A stretch of DNA of 64,000 nt from Oscillospiraceae bacterium (GTDB lineage: Bacteria > Bacillota > Clostridia > Oscillospirales > CAG-272): contig SVRY01000001.1 in NCBI GenBank assembly GCA_015064585.1, positions 61,558 to 125,557 on the forward strand. The letters run 5' to 3'. The translations under genes and the position numbers were made by a program. The notes beneath the pieces were generated by a model. The model saw only the letters and a list, made by a program, of their open reading frames with translations, was not told where the DNA came from and searched no databases. Of this stretch, positions 54,500-64,000 are shown one piece after another. Positions within the stretch are counted from its first letter, which is position 1; each line of letters starts with the position of its first letter.

Positions 54500-55738
54500 G
54501 TGGATAAAAAATATATAAAAAGTGTAATGATATATGTTCTGTCCGGCATTCTGGCACTGGTTGGCATCGGATATATTGTATATCATATGCTTGGCGGCAA
54601 TATTACCGAAGTGAAAACGGAGGTTGCCATGCTGACCGAAGCGGAGGACAGCATTACCGCGCAGGCTGTTATCATGCGAAGCGAGATCGTGGTAGACGGG
54701 GTCGGAAGCGATATTTGCGGAGTGGTTCAAGATGGAAAAAATGTACATCAAGGCGAAGATATATTATGGATCTTTTACGGTGACGGCTCTGTGGGCGAAC
54801 AGATTCGTCAGATTGAAAAGGAGATTGATATACTGGAAGACAGCCTGATGGGGAAAGATATTCCGTCGGGACTGGATACAACTGTGAAGGATCTGCAACA
54901 GTTGTACACACAGATGCTGGCAAGTGTGGCGCAGGGAAGATTGGAAGGAATCGGCGAAACCACGGTGGAACTGCAGACTTTGATCAACCGGAAGAAAAAA
55001 TCCGCTTCCACCGAAGAGGCAATCCAAAAGTCGATCGAAGAGCTGGTTGCGCGTCGGACTGCATTGATGAAAGCCAATTCTGCAGGTATCAGCACACTGA
55101 CTGCTCCCGATTCGGGGTTGTTTTACAGTTATACCGATGGATATGAAATGCTGTGCACTATGGAGCGCGCCAAGTACCTAACGGTTTCGGATTATGTTTC
55201 CGTGAAAGAACAAATTTTGTCCGGCAATAGTTCCAATGACGGCATTTGCAAAATTGTTACCGATATGTATTGGTATGTTTGCTTGACAGTGGATAACACT
55301 GTTGCGCGCAACTTGGTGCAGGGGGATGCATACAAGGTGCAATTCCATGAAAATGATGGAATTATACTGAATATGACACTGGATCGATTGGTTACAGAGT
55401 ATGGCGAGGAGCAGAGCTTGTTGGTATTTGGCTGTCGCACGATACCGAATGAATTTGATTTTAAGAGAATTCAGAATGTATCGGTGGTAACATCGAATTA
55501 TTCCGGTTTCCGTGTGCCCGCCAATGCCGTGCGCTATGTGGATGGCAAAGTAGGCGTATATGTGACAGATGGGAACAAAGTGCGCTTTCGCAGGATTGAT
55601 ATTTTGTTTGCCAAGGACGGAAATTATATTGTAAAGCAATATGATACAACAGAGGAGGCATATGCTGACATGCTAAGACTATACGACAAGATTATTCTTG
55701 CGGGCAAGGAATTGTATGACGGTAAATATCTGAGTTAA
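54500..55738 (+). CDS. Membrane-anchored HlyD-like (barrel-sandwich/coiled-coil) protein, function unknown
   Basis: GTG 54500 follows AGAGGAGA; the track start at 54377 lies inside miaA. N-terminal TM, then a lipoyl-like segment and a coiled coil. The family assignment is tentative. Confidence 0.45.
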   Translation: MDKKYIKSVMIYVLSGILALVGIGYIVYHMLGGNITEVKTEVAMLTEAEDSITAQAVIMRSEIVVDGVGSDICGVVQDGKNVHQGEDILWIFYGDGSVGEQIRQIEKEIDILEDSLMGKDIPSGLDTTVKDLQQLYTQMLASVAQGRLEGIGETTVELQTLINRKKKSASTEEAIQKSIEELVARRTALMKANSAGISTLTAPDSGLFYSYTDGYEMLCTMERAKYLTVSDYVSVKEQILSGNSSNDGICKIVTDMYWYVCLTVDNTVARNLVQGDAYKVQFHENDGIILNMTLDRLVTEYGEEQSLLVFGCRTIPNEFDFKRIQNVSVVTSNYSGFRVPANAVRYVDGKVGVYVTDGNKVRFRRIDILFAKDGNYIVKQYDTTEEAYADMLRLYDKIILAGKELYDGKYLS

Positions 55739-55739
55739 A

Positions 55740-56462
55740 ATGGATAAGAACAAGTTACTGGAAAATATAGAATCGGTAAGAGAAGAGATAAAAAAAGCGG
55801 AGATTTCCGCCGGCAGAAAACCGGGATCGGTACTGCTTCTTGCGGCGACAAAGACTGTTTCGCCGGAGGATATCAATTTTGCTGTGAACCAAGGCGGGAT
55901 TACCGACATCGGGGAAAACCGTGTGCAGGAACTCTTGGCAAAGTATGACCGTCTTGACAGAGAGAAAATGAGGATTCACTTTATCGGTACGTTGCAGACC
56001 AATAAGGTAAAGTATATCATTGATAAGGTGGACATGATCCACTCGGTGGATAGTTTGAAACTGGCAAAGGAAATCGATCGCCGTGCCGCGGCAATCGGCA
56101 AGATACAGGACATTTTGCTGGAATACAACAGCGGAGATGAAGAAAACAAAAGCGGCTTTTCTGAGGAAGAATTGTATTGTTCACTGCCTGAAATTGCCAA
56201 ACTGCCGCATGTTCGGCTGTGCGGGGTAATGACAATTGCCCCCAAATGTCGGTGTGACGAAGATTATTGTAAATTTTTTGCTAAAACATATCAAATTTTT
56301 ATTGACATTTCGCAAAAAAAACTGCATAATGGTAGTGTATCGGTATTGTCCATGGGCATGTCGGATTCTTATGTTGCAGCAATCAACACCGGGGCAACGG
56401 TAGTACGTGTGGGAAGCAAAATTTTCGGTGCGCGTATTTACCCCGAAACCAAAATGAATTAA
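55740..56462 (+). CDS. yggS: YggS/YlmE-family pyridoxal phosphate homeostasis protein
   Basis: 240 aa: LLAATKTV (PLP Lys)...IGENRVQE...HFIGTLQTNKVK...LSMGMS.D. Confidence 0.88.
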   Translation: MDKNKLLENIESVREEIKKAEISAGRKPGSVLLLAATKTVSPEDINFAVNQGGITDIGENRVQELLAKYDRLDREKMRIHFIGTLQTNKVKYIIDKVDMIHSVDSLKLAKEIDRRAAAIGKIQDILLEYNSGDEENKSGFSEEELYCSLPEIAKLPHVRLCGVMTIAPKCRCDEDYCKFFAKTYQIFIDISQKKLHNGSVSVLSMGMSDSYVAAINTGATVVRVGSKIFGARIYPETKMN

Positions 56463-56488
56463 TTGAAAAATTAAGGAGGAATACAAAA

Positions 56489-56923
56489 ATGGGAAACTGG
56501 AAGAACTGGGGAAGAAAAGAAGAAGTGGCAAACGAGCCTGAATACACCAATGAGGGCGGATACGATGAAAACGCATATGTAACCGGCGACAGCTACGGCG
56601 ATCCTGCAGGGGATGCGCTGGAACTGACCGTTGTGCGTCCTGAAGGTTTTGAAGCAGCTACACAGATTGCTGACAATCTGCTCAATCAGCGCACTGTTGT
56701 TTTGAATCTGGAAGCAACCAGCAAGGAAACCGCACGCAGACTGCTTGATTTTTTGGCAGGCGTTACCTATTCAATTTCCGGCAAGCTGAAGAGAGTGGCA
56801 ACCAACACATATGTGATTACTCCCAGCAATGTGGGTGTAACCGGCGAAACTATGAAAGAAGCTCCCGTGGCAACTCCTGCAGCTCCCCAAAGATCTGCAG
56901 AAGAGGACGGATTCGGATTCTGA
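56489..56923 (+). CDS. sepF: Cell division protein SepF
   Basis: 144 aa: VVRPEGFEAATQIADNLLNQRTVVLNLE...RLLDFLAGVTYSISGKLKRVATNTYVITPSNV. Confidence 0.88.
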   Translation: MGNWKNWGRKEEVANEPEYTNEGGYDENAYVTGDSYGDPAGDALELTVVRPEGFEAATQIADNLLNQRTVVLNLEATSKETARRLLDFLAGVTYSISGKLKRVATNTYVITPSNVGVTGETMKEAPVATPAAPQRSAEEDGFGF

Positions 56924-56998
56924 TCTCAAAGAGCATACAGGTGCATAGAGTCGGAGTATGTCCGGCTTTATGCACTTTGTGCGTTTTCAAAGAGGGCG

Positions 56999-57301
56999 GT
57001 GTACGGGGTGAATATTGCGTTTTTGATTGTAAAAACAGGACAGACTGTATTTGGATTTTGTCTTTGCCTCGTTTTTTTGCGGGAAATACTGCCTCTTTTT
57101 GGGAAAAAAACCTATGTGTTTGAAGTGGTTGTGAAAAAGCTTACCCGCCCGATCTGGTTTTTGTCGGACTGCGTCTGCCGTATGATGGGCATACCCCTGG
57201 ACCACGGCGGAATAGAAATGAGATACCCTGTAGCACTGACCATTACGGCGCTTGCCATGTATGCTGTGACCGGCTTTGGGGTAAATGTGAGGTATGGGTG
57301 A
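56999..57301 (+). CDS. yggT: YggT-family (YlmG) small membrane protein
   Basis: About 100 aa. LTRPIWFLSDCVCRMMGIPLDHGGIEMRYPVALTI resembles the YggT core (T.P...P.R...P..GG.D.S). Its position between sepF and ylmH fits. The start (GTG 56999 or 57008) is uncertain. Confidence 0.55.
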   Translation: MYGVNIAFLIVKTGQTVFGFCLCLVFLREILPLFGKKTYVFEVVVKKLTRPIWFLSDCVCRMMGIPLDHGGIEMRYPVALTITALAMYAVTGFGVNVRYG

Positions 57302-58185
57302 TGGAAAAGGATGCGATGACACTGCTTGCGGCGCGGGCAGAAGATTGGTATACCGCCGCCACCAAAAAAGGAATTGCCGCAGGTGATTTTTTGGGTCCTG
57401 CCGAACAAAGTTATCTGAATTCTCTTGCCGGGCGCATCTATCCCGAAAATATATTGACTTTTTTCGGAGGATACGACGAAGCAGAACGCCGTGTGCCTGT
57501 TTTTTGTACAGATGAATACCGAACCCGCCGTCAAAAACAGCGTGACTGTGCGGGAACCGACATTGATTGGGACAGCATTGATTGGGAAAAGGATGATTGG
57601 TGGGAAATCCCTCTCACAAAAGAAACGATTGGTACAAAGGAAACGGCAGTCACATGCGATGAGGCCGGCATTGTATCTTTACACCTGCGTGTGCCTAAAG
57701 GTGCGCAGCTGCCGGGACATCGGGATTGCCTGGGCACTTTGATGGGATTGGGGCTGGAGCGCAGCGCTGTGGGCGATATTGTGGTTTTGGAAAATGCTGT
57801 GTGGCTGTTTGTTAAGGATACAGTGGCGGCTTTTTTGGTAAATTCGCTTACGCGTGTGGCGAAAAGTCCGGTTCAAGTCGAAATATCAGCACTGCCAAAG
57901 GATTTTGCTGTTAAGCGGGAATATGAGGAAATGTCTTTGACGCTTGGCTCGCTGCGGGCAGATGCAGTTACTGCCGCCATTGTGGGCTGTTCGCGCGAAG
58001 AAGCCAAATCGATGGTGATTGCGGGACTGTTTCGCCGTAATTATTTGCCTCTTACGGAACCCGCCTTTCAATTGGCAGAAGGAGACATCTTTTCTATACA
58101 AGGAAAGGGTCGGTTCCTGTTTTTTGCCAACAAAGGTGAGACCAAAAAAGGAAGATTGCGAATCATTTTGCAAAAATATATATAA
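57298..58185 (+). CDS. ylmH: YlmH-like RNA-binding (S4 domain) protein
   Basis: 295 aa: GDFLGPAEQ..., HRDCLGTLMGLGLERSAVGDIVV, and a C-terminal S4-like SLRADAVTAAIVGCSREEAKSMV. It carries a Trp/Asp-rich insertion (DIDWDSIDWEKDDWWEIP). Confidence 0.75.
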   Translation: MMEKDAMTLLAARAEDWYTAATKKGIAAGDFLGPAEQSYLNSLAGRIYPENILTFFGGYDEAERRVPVFCTDEYRTRRQKQRDCAGTDIDWDSIDWEKDDWWEIPLTKETIGTKETAVTCDEAGIVSLHLRVPKGAQLPGHRDCLGTLMGLGLERSAVGDIVVLENAVWLFVKDTVAAFLVNSLTRVAKSPVQVEISALPKDFAVKREYEEMSLTLGSLRADAVTAAIVGCSREEAKSMVIAGLFRRNYLPLTEPAFQLAEGDIFSIQGKGRFLFFANKGETKKGRLRIILQKYI

Positions 58186-58198
58186 TAAGGAGAATTTC

Positions 58199-58876
58199 AT
58201 GCTGCCGCCTCATGAACTGAAAAACAAATCATTTTCGCACTCTCTGCGGGGATACAGTACCGCTGAAGTGGATGAGCATATCGCGTTTATTCTTGAAAAG
58301 TATACGGAATTATACAGAAAATGTGATATGTTGGAAAAAGAATGCGAGAGTGCAAAAGCGGAGCTTGCGGATCTTCGTGAAAACGAAGAGGTTATCCGTC
58401 AGGCAATGGTAAATGCCAAACAGACCGAAATGAAGACTATCCGCGATGCAGAAGAACGTGCCGATTTGATCATGCGGACCGCTAAGATCAATTGTGACCG
58501 CACGATCATGCAATTTAAAAATGAAATCAAGACTGAACGGGATATGCTGCGTCGTTTGCGCAAAGCTACGGCTGAGTTCAAAGCCAAGAATTTGCGTTTG
58601 TATAAAGCACATTTGGAATTTATTGCGCAGTTCTGCCCCGATAGCCCCGAGACCGATCTTTTGATCAGAAGTGAAGAAGAGATCGCGCAAGCTACGGTAG
58701 AACAGGTAAAGCTGGATATCAGAGATAATTCCAAAAATGTGTTTACCGAAGAAACGCCCGGGCAGCAGGCTGTCCATGATAAAGAGCCGCAAACAACAGA
58801 AGACGACCAACCGCAAAGCCGCGGAAATGATACGGATGAGCAATTGGATCTTTTGTTTGAAAGCTCCATCAAATGA
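58199..58876 (+). CDS. divIVA: DivIVA-domain cell division/polarity protein
   Basis: 225 aa from ATG 58199 (AAGGAG RBS). LPPHELKNKSFSHSLRGYSTAEVDEHI followed by coiled coil. The track's extension overlaps ylmH. Confidence 0.85.
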   Translation: MLPPHELKNKSFSHSLRGYSTAEVDEHIAFILEKYTELYRKCDMLEKECESAKAELADLRENEEVIRQAMVNAKQTEMKTIRDAEERADLIMRTAKINCDRTIMQFKNEIKTERDMLRRLRKATAEFKAKNLRLYKAHLEFIAQFCPDSPETDLLIRSEEEIAQATVEQVKLDIRDNSKNVFTEETPGQQAVHDKEPQTTEDDQPQSRGNDTDEQLDLLFESSIK

Positions 58877-58998
58877 GAAAATAAACGGGAAAATAACCGT
58901 TTGAGATAGAGAATTGCATTTTGAGCTTTGACGATCATTGGGATAGGATCCCGAACAAAATATAATTATCATCAATGTAAATAAAGGAGTATTTAACT

Positions 58999-61800
58999 AT
59001 GGCTAAGGATTATACCGCAAGCTTGAATCTGCCCAAAACCGAATTTTCCATGCGGGCAAATTTGGCTGCCAGAGAACCTAAAATGCTGGAAGAGTTCGAA
59101 AAGAAGGATCTTTACAATCGTATGCTGGAGAAAAGAGCCGGGAAACCCACTTTTGTTCTGCACGATGGCCCTCCTTTCTCCAACGGCAATATCCATATGG
59201 GTCACGCTCTGAATAAGACCTTAAAAGATTTCATTGTCCGTTCCCATGCGATGATGGGCTATTATACCCCCTATGTTCCCGGTTGGGATAACCACGGTCT
59301 GCCGATTGAGCGCGCCATTGAGGAATCCAAAAAGAAATTGAATAAAGATATGTCGGTTCCCGAGTTCCGCAAGGCATGTGAGGCTTTTGCTGAGGATTTT
59401 ATCGGCAAGCAGATGGCAGGTTTTAAGCGCCTGGGTGTAGTGGGCGATTGGGAGCATCCCTACCGTACTATGGACAAACATTTCGAAGCACAGGAAGTCA
59501 AGGTCTTCGGTAAGATGTTTGACAAAGGATATATTTACAAAGGCTTGAAGCCTGTTACCTGGTGTTCCTTCTGCGCTACCGCTGTGGCAGAGGCTGATAT
59601 CGAGTATAAAGATGATCCCTGCACTTCTGTATATGTTAAGTTCCCCATGCAGGATGATCTTGGTAAACTGGCAGGCTTTGACCTAACCAAGACCTATTTC
59701 GTCATTTGGACTACCACCATCTGGACACTGCCCGGAAACATGGCAATCTGCCTGCATCCCCGTGACAGTTATGTGCTGGTGAAAGCGGATAACGGTGAAA
59801 GCTATATTATGGCAGAGGCGCTGGCTGAAAAGACCATGAAAATGGGCGGTTTTGAAAGCTATGAGATCCTTGCCACTTACCCCGGTGCCTTTTTTGAAAA
59901 TATGTTGGCAAAGCATCCTTTCCTTGATAAGACCTCACGTCTTGTCAACGCAGAATATGTTACCATGGATTCGGGTACCGGTTGTGTACACACCGCTCCC
60001 GGATTTGGTGCTGACGACTATCAGACCTGTATGCGTTACGGTATGGATCTGGTGGTTCCCGTGGACGACCACGGCCGCCATACCGACTATGCGGGCAAAT
60101 ATGCGGGTCTGCCCACCGAAAAATCCAACCCCATTATTTTGGAGGATATGAAGGAAAGCGGCATGCTCTTTGCTTCCGAGGAGATTGTACACTCTTATCC
60201 TCACCACGACCGTTGCAAGAAGCCCATTATTTTCCGTGCTACCCCGCAGTGGTTCTGCTCGGTGGAATCCTTTAAGGATCAGGCGATCAAGGCCATTGAA
60301 AACGTAAAATGGTATCCCGCTTGGGGTGAAGATCGTATGATCAGCATGATCAGAGAACGTGCTGACTGGTGTATTTCCCGTCAGCGCCGTTGGGGTCTGC
60401 CCATTCCCGTTTTTTATTGTAAAGACTGCGGAAAGCCCGTTTCCACTCCCGATTCCATTGAAAAAATCTCCGCACTCTTTGATGAGTACGGTTCCAATGT
60501 TTGGTTTGAAAGAGAAGCAATGGAGCTGGTTCCCGAAGGATTCACCTGCCCTCACTGCGGCGGTAAAGACTTTGACAAGGAGACCGACACCCTTGACTGT
60601 TGGTTTGACTCCGGTTCTACTCATTTTGCTTCGCTGATGAAGGATACCCCCGAACTGTGGCCTGCCGATGTTTATTTGGAAGGTGCTGACCAGTATCGCG
60701 GTTGGTTCCAGTCCTCTCTCTTGACATCTGTCGGTGCTCTTGACAAGGGCGCGCCCTTCCGTCAGGTACTCACCCATGGTTGGGTCGTGGATGGCCAGGG
60801 CAGAGCGATGCATAAATCGTTGGGCAACGGCGTGGATCCTGCCGATCTGATCAAGGAATTCGGTGCCGATCTTGTCCGTTTGTGGGCAGCATCTTCCGAC
60901 TATCATGCAGACGTGCGCTGCTCCAAGGAGATCTTCAAGCAGCTTTCCGAATCTTATAGAAAGATCCGCAATACTGCCCGCATCATTCTTGCCAATCTGG
61001 GCGACAAGGGTAGCGATTTTGATCCCGATCTGCATATGGTTACTTTTGAGCAGTACGAAGAAATTGATAAATGGATCCTTTCCCGCTTCAATAGCCTTGT
61101 AAAAACAGTGCTTGAGGCGTATAACCACTATCAATTTCACATTGTCTACCACGAAATCCTCAATTTCTGCACAGTGGAACTTTCCAAGATCTATATCGAT
61201 GTGACCAAGGACCGTGTTTATACCGAAAAGAAGGATAGCATGGCAAGACGTGCCGCACAGAGCGCTATGTTTATTGTTCTTGACGGACTGACGCGTCTGA
61301 TCGCTCCTATTCTTGCATTTACCTCTGATGAGATTTGGCAGTGCATGCCCCACAGAAAGGCCGACAATACCGAGCACGTGCTGTTTAACGATATGCCCAC
61401 ATACAACGAAAACGATCCTTTCCTTGAGATTGCTGCTAAGCACGATGCTTTCTTCTTACTCAGAGATGATGTTTTGAAGGCACTTGAAAATGCGAGAAAC
61501 GAAAAGATCATTGGCAAGTCGCTTGAGGCAAAGGTTACTATTTTTACCGAAGAGGAAAATACTGCTGCACTTTTGGAAAGCTTTGGCGAAACGCTGAAGA
61601 CTCTCTTGATCGTATCCGAGGTGCAGGTGGTTAAGGGCAAGGCGCCCGCAAATGCGTTTGAAGGAACAAGCGGTATTGCGGTGTTGGCAGAGGTTGCAGA
61701 AGGCTGTAAGTGTGACCGTTGCTGGATGCACTCCACAAAGGGTCTTGCCACCGAGGATGGATTCCTCTGCGAGCGTTGCCGTAACATTCTGGAGCTGTAA
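58999..61800 (+). CDS. ileS: Isoleucyl-tRNA synthetase
   Basis: 933 aa: HDGPPFSNGNIHMGHA (HIGH), KMHKSLGN (KMSKS), and C-terminal zinc-binding CDRC...CERC. Confidence 0.97.
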   Translation: MAKDYTASLNLPKTEFSMRANLAAREPKMLEEFEKKDLYNRMLEKRAGKPTFVLHDGPPFSNGNIHMGHALNKTLKDFIVRSHAMMGYYTPYVPGWDNHGLPIERAIEESKKKLNKDMSVPEFRKACEAFAEDFIGKQMAGFKRLGVVGDWEHPYRTMDKHFEAQEVKVFGKMFDKGYIYKGLKPVTWCSFCATAVAEADIEYKDDPCTSVYVKFPMQDDLGKLAGFDLTKTYFVIWTTTIWTLPGNMAICLHPRDSYVLVKADNGESYIMAEALAEKTMKMGGFESYEILATYPGAFFENMLAKHPFLDKTSRLVNAEYVTMDSGTGCVHTAPGFGADDYQTCMRYGMDLVVPVDDHGRHTDYAGKYAGLPTEKSNPIILEDMKESGMLFASEEIVHSYPHHDRCKKPIIFRATPQWFCSVESFKDQAIKAIENVKWYPAWGEDRMISMIRERADWCISRQRRWGLPIPVFYCKDCGKPVSTPDSIEKISALFDEYGSNVWFEREAMELVPEGFTCPHCGGKDFDKETDTLDCWFDSGSTHFASLMKDTPELWPADVYLEGADQYRGWFQSSLLTSVGALDKGAPFRQVLTHGWVVDGQGRAMHKSLGNGVDPADLIKEFGADLVRLWAASSDYHADVRCSKEIFKQLSESYRKIRNTARIILANLGDKGSDFDPDLHMVTFEQYEEIDKWILSRFNSLVKTVLEAYNHYQFHIVYHEILNFCTVELSKIYIDVTKDRVYTEKKDSMARRAAQSAMFIVLDGLTRLIAPILAFTSDEIWQCMPHRKADNTEHVLFNDMPTYNENDPFLEIAAKHDAFFLLRDDVLKALENARNEKIIGKSLEAKVTIFTEEENTAALLESFGETLKTLLIVSEVQVVKGKAPANAFEGTSGIAVLAEVAEGCKCDRCWMHSTKGLATEDGFLCERCRNILEL

Positions 61801-62348
61801 TGTCTCTGGTACTGTTTTTAATACTGGCGCTGGGTATTCCCGTTCTTGATCAGATCACCAAACTGATCGTGGATGCGAATATGACCCTTGGCGAAAGTAT
61901 TCCGTTGATTAAAGACGTTTTTCATATTACCTATATACACAATGAAGGGGCGGCGATGGGAATGCTCTCGGAACACCGTTGGGTATTTCTCATCCTGTCC
62001 ACCGTTGCTATCATTGCCATTTTCGGTTATATTGTTTACAGCCGTAAGACTATTGCGAAAATGGAAGCTATTGCCTTTGGTATGATCGCGGGCGGCGGTA
62101 TTGGCAATATGATCGACCGTACCTTTTACGGTGAATCACTGTTTAACGGTGCCGTAATTGATTTTTTTGACTTTCGTCTCTTTTCCTTTTGGAAATGGAT
62201 CTTTAACGTGGCGGATATTGCCGTATGTGTGGGTGTTGGATTGTACGCTCTGTATGTGATCCTTACCGAAGTGCAGGCTTACAAAAAACGCAAGGCGGAA
62301 AATGCGGCCGCCTCTGTCAAAGAAGTCACCGAGGAAAGCAATGATTGA
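61800..62348 (+). CDS. lspA: Lipoprotein signal peptidase II
   Basis: 182 aa: HNEGAAMG...GGGIGNMIDR...IDFFDF...FNVADIAV. Its start shares 1 nt with the ileS stop. Confidence 0.9.
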   Translation: MSLVLFLILALGIPVLDQITKLIVDANMTLGESIPLIKDVFHITYIHNEGAAMGMLSEHRWVFLILSTVAIIAIFGYIVYSRKTIAKMEAIAFGMIAGGGIGNMIDRTFYGESLFNGAVIDFFDFRLFSFWKWIFNVADIAVCVGVGLYALYVILTEVQAYKKRKAENAAASVKEVTEESND

Positions 62349-63252
62349 CAGAGAAGCAGCCGGGCGTCGGCTGGATCAATATTTATCGCAACGGGAAGAC
62401 GCCTCCCGCTCTGCCGCACAAAAATGGATTGAAGATGGTCTTGTCACGGTAAACGGCAAGACCGTTTCCAAAAGTTATAAACTATCTGAAGGTGATATGG
62501 TAGAGTTTACCCGCCCCGAAGCCAAGCCCATGGAGGCAAAAGCTGAGGATCTGCCGCTGGAGATTGTTTATCAGGATGATTATTTGGCAGTGGTGAATAA
62601 ACCCAAGGAAATGGTGGTTCATCCTGCTCCCGGCAATGCCGAGGGAACGCTGGTTAACGCTTTGCTTTACCATTTAGACAATCTTTCGGGCATTAACGGC
62701 GTGATCCGTCCCGGAATTGTTCACCGCATTGATAAAAACACGAGCGGTCTGCTTATCGTTGCCAAGGAAGACAAGGCGCATATTGGGCTTGCCGAACAGA
62801 TCAAGGAGCATTCTTTTACAAGAAAGTATCGCGCCATTGTGGTGGGAAATTTGAAAGACGATATGGGTACAGTGGATAAGCCCATCGACCGCCATCCCGT
62901 CAACCGTCAGAAAATGGCAGTGGTACAGGGAGGCAGAGAAGCGGTGACCCACTATTGCGTTTTGGAGCGTCTGCCCGGTTTTACCTATGTGGAGCTGACG
63001 CTGGAAACAGGACGCACCCATCAGATCCGTGTTCATATGGCAAGTCTTGGTCATCCTGTGATGGGGGATACGTTATATGGAGGCGGAAAAACCGAATTTG
63101 AAAAGAAAAATGCAAAAATTTTGAAAGAACAATGCTTGCACGCATGCCATATCGGCTTTGTGCATCCCATAACGGGCGAGCAGCTTTCTTTTGATGCGGT
63201 TCTTCCCGGTTACTTTGAGGAAGTTTTGAAAAAATTAAGACGTATGTCTTGA
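62341..63252 (+). CDS. rluD: RluA/RluD-family 23S rRNA pseudouridine synthase
   Basis: 303 aa from ATG 62341 (GAGGAAAG RBS, 8-nt overlap with lspA). S4 domain, HRIDKNTSGLL, and GRTHQIRVH. Confidence 0.9.
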   Translation: MIDREAAGRRLDQYLSQREDASRSAAQKWIEDGLVTVNGKTVSKSYKLSEGDMVEFTRPEAKPMEAKAEDLPLEIVYQDDYLAVVNKPKEMVVHPAPGNAEGTLVNALLYHLDNLSGINGVIRPGIVHRIDKNTSGLLIVAKEDKAHIGLAEQIKEHSFTRKYRAIVVGNLKDDMGTVDKPIDRHPVNRQKMAVVQGGREAVTHYCVLERLPGFTYVELTLETGRTHQIRVHMASLGHPVMGDTLYGGGKTEFEKKNAKILKEQCLHACHIGFVHPITGEQLSFDAVLPGYFEEVLKKLRRMS

Positions 63253-63326
63253 TTTTGGCTTTTCAAAGCATTTCCAAACTTTAAGCTTTAGTAAAGTAAA
63301 AAGTATTATACGAGGTATTATCAAAG

Positions 63327-64000
63327 ATGGAAAAACAAAAATTTTATCTGACAACGGCGATTGCGTATGCTTCCCGTAAGCCGCACATCGGCAATACCTA
63401 CGAGATTATCATGACCGACGCGGTGGCACGCTACAAGCGTCAGCGCGGATATGATGTGTTCTTTATGACAGGTACCGATGAGCACGGTCAGAAAATTGAA
63501 GACTTGGCAAAAGCAGAGGGTATTTCTCCCCAAAACTATGTGGATAACGTGGCAGGCGATATTCGCCGTATCTGGGATCGAATGAACACTACCTACGATC
63601 ATTTCATCCGCACCACCGATTGCCATCACAAAAAGGCTGTACAGCACATTTTTAAGAAACTGTACGACAAAGGTGATATTTACAAAAATGAATATGAGGG
63701 ATGGTATTGCATTCCCTGTGAGTCCTTTGTGCCTGAATCCCAATTGAAGGACGGTAAATGTCCCGACTGCGGCAGAGAAGTGACCCGTACTAAGGAAGAA
63801 ACCTACTACTTCCGTATGAGTAAATATGCCAACCGTCTGATCAAATATATAGAAGACAATCCTGATTTTATTCAGCCCGAGTCTCGTAAGAAGGAAATGC
63901 TCAATAACTTCCTGCTCCCCGGACTTCAGGATCTGTGTGTATCCCGTACTTCCTTTAAATGGGGCGTGCCCGTGGATTTTGATCCCAATCATGTGGTATA
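63327..64000 (+). CDS. metG: Methionyl-tRNA synthetase, N-terminal 224 codons (continues past the window end); absent from the ORF track
   Basis: Manual translation from ATG 63327 gives MEKQKFYLTTAIAYASRKPHIGNTYEII...FFMTGTDEHGQKIE...GWYCIPCESF...CPDCG...YYFRMSKY. No stop occurs before nt 64000. The track's minus-strand ORF 63321-63992 is antisense noise. Confidence 0.92.
   Translation, partial: MEKQKFYLTTAIAYASRKPHIGNTYEIIMTDAVARYKRQRGYDVFFMTGTDEHGQKIEDLAKAEGISPQNYVDNVAGDIRRIWDRMNTTYDHFIRTTDCHHKKAVQHIFKKLYDKGDIYKNEYEGWYCIPCESFVPESQLKDGKCPDCGREVTRTKEETYYFRMSKYANRLIKYIEDNPDFIQPESRKKEMLNNFLLPGLQDLCVSRTSFKWGVPVDFDPNHVV

Noticed and set aside
58877-58998. A T-box leader or attenuator upstream of ileS.
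   Set aside because: At 122 nt the spacer is too short. It contains only a small AAACGG/CCGTTT hairpin after divIVA, with no specifier loop or T-box sequence.
1-64000. Search for tRNA, rRNA, CRISPR repeats, IS elements, prophage or defence-system genes.
   Set aside because: All spacers longer than 100 nt were read, and none shows a tRNA-like cloverleaf signature, regularly spaced repeats or transposase or integrase coding potential. Every large ORF has a housekeeping or envelope-type assignment.

Overview
This 64-kb window looks like core chromosome of a spore-forming, moderate-GC Firmicute of the Clostridia type. The basis is dpaAB, gpr, a SCIFF peptide locus, a type III glutamine synthetase, and Bacillus-like gdpP-rplI-dnaB and sepF-yggT-ylmH-divIVA-ileS-lspA-rluD synteny. 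It is densely coding, with about 60 CDS, many of them joined by 1-14 nt overlaps, and it is almost entirely housekeeping. Functions present include translation (serS, ileS, metG, tilS, tsaD, queA, miaA, rluD, rplI and an EF-G paralogue), replication and segregation (polA, dnaB, dnaD-like, dnaC/dnaI-like, soj-spo0J plus a parB paralogue), and division (sepF to divIVA). Envelope and transport genes, sporulation genes and central metabolism are also present. I saw no rRNA, tRNA, CRISPR array, transposase, phage or recognisable defence genes. The ORF track misses two real genes. One is a 49-aa SCIFF ranthipeptide precursor (51157-51306, minus strand), which falls below the track's length cut-off. 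The other is the 5' part of metG (63327 to the window end, plus strand), which has no stop codon in the window. About a dozen track ORFs carry spurious N-terminal extensions, and I re-set those starts using RBS evidence. The observations most worth follow-up are these. (1) The SCIFF precursor and its radical-SAM maturase form an operon that is translationally coupled to a PLP decarboxylase-fold gene. (2) A same-orientation DnaA-box cluster lies in the tsaD-rex spacer, upstream of an overlapping rex / HExxH membrane protein / dnaD-like / dnaC-like operon. (3) Two perfectly symmetric parS sites, each inside a longer perfect palindrome, bracket a diverged parB paralogue. (4) An EF-G paralogue has Phe in place of the catalytic His of the G3 motif. 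(5) A single polypeptide fuses an LMW-phosphatase to RimI and is coupled to tsaD. I found no clearly novel multi-gene system such as a defence island. All family assignments come from reading motifs by eye and need HMM or BLAST confirmation.
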